In this document: in pieces, positions 57,701-64,000 of the stretch
Numbering within the stretch: position 1 is the stretch's first letter
How the letters are laid out: each line of letters opens with the position of its first letter
Origin: the human T2T-CHM13v2.0 reference genome, Homo sapiens
Strand: one strand, 5' to 3'
NCBI RefSeq assembly: GCF_009914755.1
Contig: NC_060927.1
DNA length: 64,000 nucleotides
Position numbers and translations under genes: made by a program
The notes under the pieces: generated by a model
The model's database searches: none
What the model was told of the DNA's origin: nothing
Seen by the model: only the letters and a program-made list of their open reading frames with translations

Positions 57701-57924
57701 CAAGAGTTTTATCAAGAAATGGTTGATAAAGAGAATAAGATACTGTAGAGAATACCATCATACACTTCAGAAGCATCCAGTTATAAATAATTGATATTAC
57801 TAACTGCGAATCGTTAATCTTAGGACCCAGCATAGTGCTTTGACATAACTGAAATACATTACATATGTAATGAATTGGTAAATATAAATGATTGATAAAC
57901 AGGAATACATTTTCATAGGGCAAA

Positions 57925-58088
57925 CATCCCCAAACTTGGTGGTGCATTAGAATCATCTGGATTCCAGGGCCTCACTATCAGAAATTTTAGATTCAGTAGT
58001 TCTATCTAGATAGAATGTGACCTAGGATCTGGTTTTTGCAAGCACTTCTCTAGTAATTTTGCTAGGCAGCCAGGTTTGGGAACTACTG
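57925..58088. mobile_element. MER5-like hAT remnant
   Basis: CAAACTTGG..TGCATTAGAATCA.CTGG...AGATTCAGTAG...GCAGCCAGGTTTGGGAACTACTG. Confidence 0.65.
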
Positions 58089-58194
58089 TTTTAGGCCAGT
58101 CCTAGGAGTCTGAATTTTACAGCTGAATTTTTTAAAGCTACAGCAAGTTTCTACTTATGTTTCTGTCTGTTTATAATAATAATCAGAATTGATT

Positions 58195-58330
58195 GGCTAG
58201 GTGCAGAGGCTCAAGCCTGTAATCCCACACTTTGGGACACCGAGGTAGGAGGATGGCTTGAGGCCAGGAGTTCAAGACCAGCTTCGGTAACATAGCAAGA
58301 CTCTGTCTCTATTTAGAAAAAAAAAAAAAG
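58195..58330 (+). mobile_element. Alu monomer (FLAM-like)
   Basis: Single arm with A tail. Confidence 0.85.
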
Positions 58331-58689
58331 AACCTACTTTGTGTTTTATTGTGTGCAAAGGGCTTTTATTAATTCTCTCATATGATCCTCACAAAGTCCT
58401 ATTTTATACATGTTATAAACAAAATCTAAAAAGCTAAGATTTATTGTATTACTTCCAAATACTATGCTAAGTGATTTAACTAAAATAATCTCATGTAATC
58501 TTTATAACAGTGCTCCATAAGTAATTCTGGCCCTATAAACAGAAATATGAAGCTCAAAGACCTTAAATTACTTGCCAAAGGACACACAGCTTTGTATTTC
58601 CTGCCTGGCATTTAGTAAAAAGTGGTATTGCATTAAATCAATATGTACTGTTAACTGAATTAGTTACTATAACCTCCTTTTAAAAACTT

Positions 58690-60093
<1,404 letters not shown>

Positions 60094-60339
60094 AACATTT
60101 TGAATATTGTAATGTGATAATTCTATACATCAGATTCTCTCCTTACTCTGGAATTGCTATTGAGGAATGCAGTTGTCTGTATGGTGACTTTTCCAAACTG
60201 TTTTGGCAAAGTCTGTATTCCTTGTTTTGTGTGATTACTGAAGTTTCTGTTCTGTTGTCTCTGAGGTCAGCCTGTGTCTCTGAGGTCAGTCTCAATTTTT
60301 TTAAGTGTTTTACCTTTTAAAACCTTCAGATAGATGATA

Positions 60340-60449
60340 TTAGGTTGGTGCAAAAGTAATTGCACCAAAACCGTTCAGCTCCCACTGGCTATAGTGGCTT
60401 CCCTGGCATCTATTAGGTTGGTGCAAAAGTAATTGTGATTTAAACCTAA
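60340..60449. mobile_element. Rearranged MADE1 (Hsmar1 mariner MITE)
   Basis: Two direct copies of the terminal repeat TTAGGTTGGTGCAAAAGTAATTG (60340, 60413), a right-end stub AACCTAA, and TA at both outer ends. Confidence 0.85.
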
Positions 60450-60488
60450 TAGATGCCAGGGAAGCCACTATAGCCAGTGGGAGCTGAA
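60374..60488. repeat. Perfect inverted repeat, 46-bp arms, 23-nt spacer
   Basis: 60374-60419 is the exact reverse complement of 60443-60488, checked base by base. Confidence 0.95.
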
Positions 60489-60806
60489 ACAGATGCAAAT
60501 GTCTGTGCAAGTTCCTCAGGGAACCACCAGACTGAGCAAAATGCACCACCTCAAATTTTAGAAGACAAGAAATTTAGAAGACAGATCCTTACCATCATAA
60601 GCCAGCCACTCTAGGAATGCAGGCATTGGCCCCACAGTAGAGGAGGGGCTGAGGAATGGGGGATAATAACTGGTTCCTACATGCCAGTGTCTTACCAAGG
60701 TTGAGTAGCCTCTCTCTTCACTAAATGCTCCCTTGGCTGCTGTAAATGTTTGATCAGCTTTCAGAGTTCTCAAATAGTTGATTCTGATAGTTTTTTCAGC
60801 TTCATG

Positions 60807-61136
<330 letters not shown>

Positions 61137-61555
61137 CTAACCCCTGAAGCTTTCTACTCCACCATTTTCTATGACCAGCAAGTGTGTTATTTTAAGATCT
61201 TACATTACATGTGAAAGGTGTAATATTATGTGGCTGTGACAATATAAGACGTATATTGCAAACTCAAAGCAGTCACAAAAAGTAACACAAAGATTTATAC
61301 TCAGTATTTCAATCAAGCATACAAAATGTATTCTAAGAATGTTGAATTAATCCACAGAATTCAGGAAAAGAGCAAAAAAGGAACAAAGAACAGCAGGGAC
61401 AAATAAAAAACAAGTAGCAAGACAATAGATCTGAACTTGACCATATCTGTAAATATTATTACATGTAAATAGTCTAAACACTCCAATTAAAGTGAAGACA
61501 ATTTTGTTCTTTTTTTTTAATCCAAGCTATATGCTGTTTACAAAAGGTGCATTTT

Positions 61556-61875
<320 letters not shown>

Positions 61876-61890
61876 CAAAAAGTACATTTT

Positions 61891-62189
61891 ATTTTATTAT
61901 TTTTTTTGAGACAGAGTCTCGCTCTGTTGCCCAGGCTGGAGTGCAATGGCGTGATCTCAACTTATTATAGCCTCCACTTCACGGGTTCAAGCTATTCTCC
62001 TGCCTCAGCCTCCTAAGTAGCTGGGATTACAGGCACTTGCCATCACGCCAGGCTAATTTTTATATTTTTAGTAGAGATGGGGTTTCACTGTGTTAGCCAG
62101 GCGGGTCTCGAACTCCTGGCCTCAAGTGATCTGCCTGCCTCAGCCTCCCAAAGTGCTAGGATTACAGGTGTTAACCACCACTCCCAGTC
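61891..62189 (-). mobile_element. Alu, second of a tandem pair
   Basis: Reverse Alu consensus. Confidence 0.92.
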
Positions 62190-62553
62190 CAAAAAGTACA
62201 TTTTAAATATAAAGATGCAGATAAGTTAAAAGTGTCACACCTAAAATATGTAAAGCACCCTAATAACTAAGTAATAAAAAGACAACCCAATTTAAAAATA
62301 GGCAAAGTGTCTGAATAGACATTTCTCCAAATAAAATATACAAATGGTCAGTAAGGACATAAAAAGATGCTTAAAGTCATTAGCCATCAGAAAATGCAAA
62401 TCAAAATCACAATGAGATACTACCTGATACTCACTAGTGTGGTTATAAACAAAAAAGACAGATAGTAACAACTGTTGGTAAGGATGTGGAAAAAGTAAAA
62501 CTCATATTCTGCTAAGTGAAATTAGCAGGATCACAAGTTAGAAGGTTAATATA

Positions 62554-62862
62554 CAGTAGTCCCCTTATTCACAGTTTTGCTTTCTGCACTTTTAGTTACC
62601 TGCAGTCAACTAGTGTCCACAAATAGGTGAGTGCAGTACAATAAGATATTTAGAGAGAGAGCACATTAACATAGCTTGTATTATAGTATATGATCATATT
62701 GTTCATTTTATTATTAGATATTTTTGTTTCTTAGTGTGTCAAATTTATCATAGGTATGTATGTATAGAAAAAATAGTATACATAGGGTTTGGTACTATCT
62801 ATGGTTTGAGGCATTCACTGGGGATCTTGGAAGATATCCTCATGGATAAGAGGGGATTACTG
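62554..62862. mobile_element. Tigger4a/MER46-like Tc1-mariner MITE
   Basis: Terminal inverted repeats CAGTAGTCCCCTTATTC / GGATAAGAGGGGATTACTG flanked by TA. Confidence 0.8.
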
Positions 62863-63533
62863 TACAAAAATCAATTGTATCTCTACATATTAGCAAGGAA
62901 CAATTGGAAAGTTAAAATTTATTTATAGTAACATTCCAAAACATAAATTACCTAGGGAAAAATTTAACAAAATATGTGCAAGAGCTACAAACATGGCTAA
63001 AACAAACTAAAGAAGACCAAAAGAGATGAAGAGCTAAGCCATGTTTATGCAGTAAAAGACTCAGTTGTTCTCAGATTGATCTATAGCTTCAACACAACAC
63101 AAATCAAAACAGCCTTTTAAAAAAGAAAACTTGTCAGTGAAATCTAAGAATTATATAGAAACAAAAAGGATCTGGACTAGCCAAAATCGATTTGAAAAAG
63201 AAGAATGAATTAGAGAAGTTATATTATCTGACTTCAATACTTAGTATAAAGCTATAATAATCAAGACTGTGTGGTATTGGCATATGGACATACCTATAAA
63301 TCAATGGAATCTAAAAGTGAGTCCAGAAATAAACTCATATACATACATACATATGTTGTGAATTTATATTCAATAAAAACTCCACGGTAATTCAATGGGG
63401 ATAGAAAAGTGTTTTCAACTAATGGTGCTAGAACAACTGGACGTCCATATGGGAAAAATGTGGAAGACATGAGCCTTGATCTTCACCTCACAAAACTAGC
63501 TCAAAATGGATGATAGTCGCATACATAAAATAA

Positions 63534-63895
<362 letters not shown>

Positions 63896-64000
63896 AACAA
63901 ACATTTCTTAGCTAAGATGAGAGAAGAACTAACCACAAGAGAAAGATAAAGATAAATTTAACTTCATCAAAATTATAATCTTCTGCTCTCAGAAGGACAC

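Overview
Primate, almost certainly human, genomic DNA from the SYN2/TIMP4 locus (3p25 by established knowledge). The + strand carries the 3' half of synapsin II (SYN2): eight exons from 7781 to about 38265, with both C-termini visible (IIb by read-through of the 29610 donor, IIa by splicing to 33607 and 36724). The - strand carries TIMP4 exons 1-4 (ATG at 5074), nested antisense in a SYN2 intron; its last exon lies left of the window. Beyond about 38.3 kb the sequence is intergenic and rich in Alu, L1, LTR and DNA-transposon remnants. Almost all entries in the ORF track are chance or repeat-derived. I found no evidence for a new multi-gene system. The most unusual signals are: (1) an old mitochondrial insertion (COX1 3' end, tRNA-Ser(UCN), tRNA-Asp) at about 11080-11882, split by an Alu and apparently retaining ancestral COX1 residues; (2) a perfect 46-bp-arm inverted repeat built from a rearranged MADE1 element at 60340-60488; (3) two tandem Alu pairs, each with a triplicated target site; (4) regulatory motifs in the two SYN2 3' UTRs. 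Repeat family names and boundaries come from recalled consensus sequences and are approximate.
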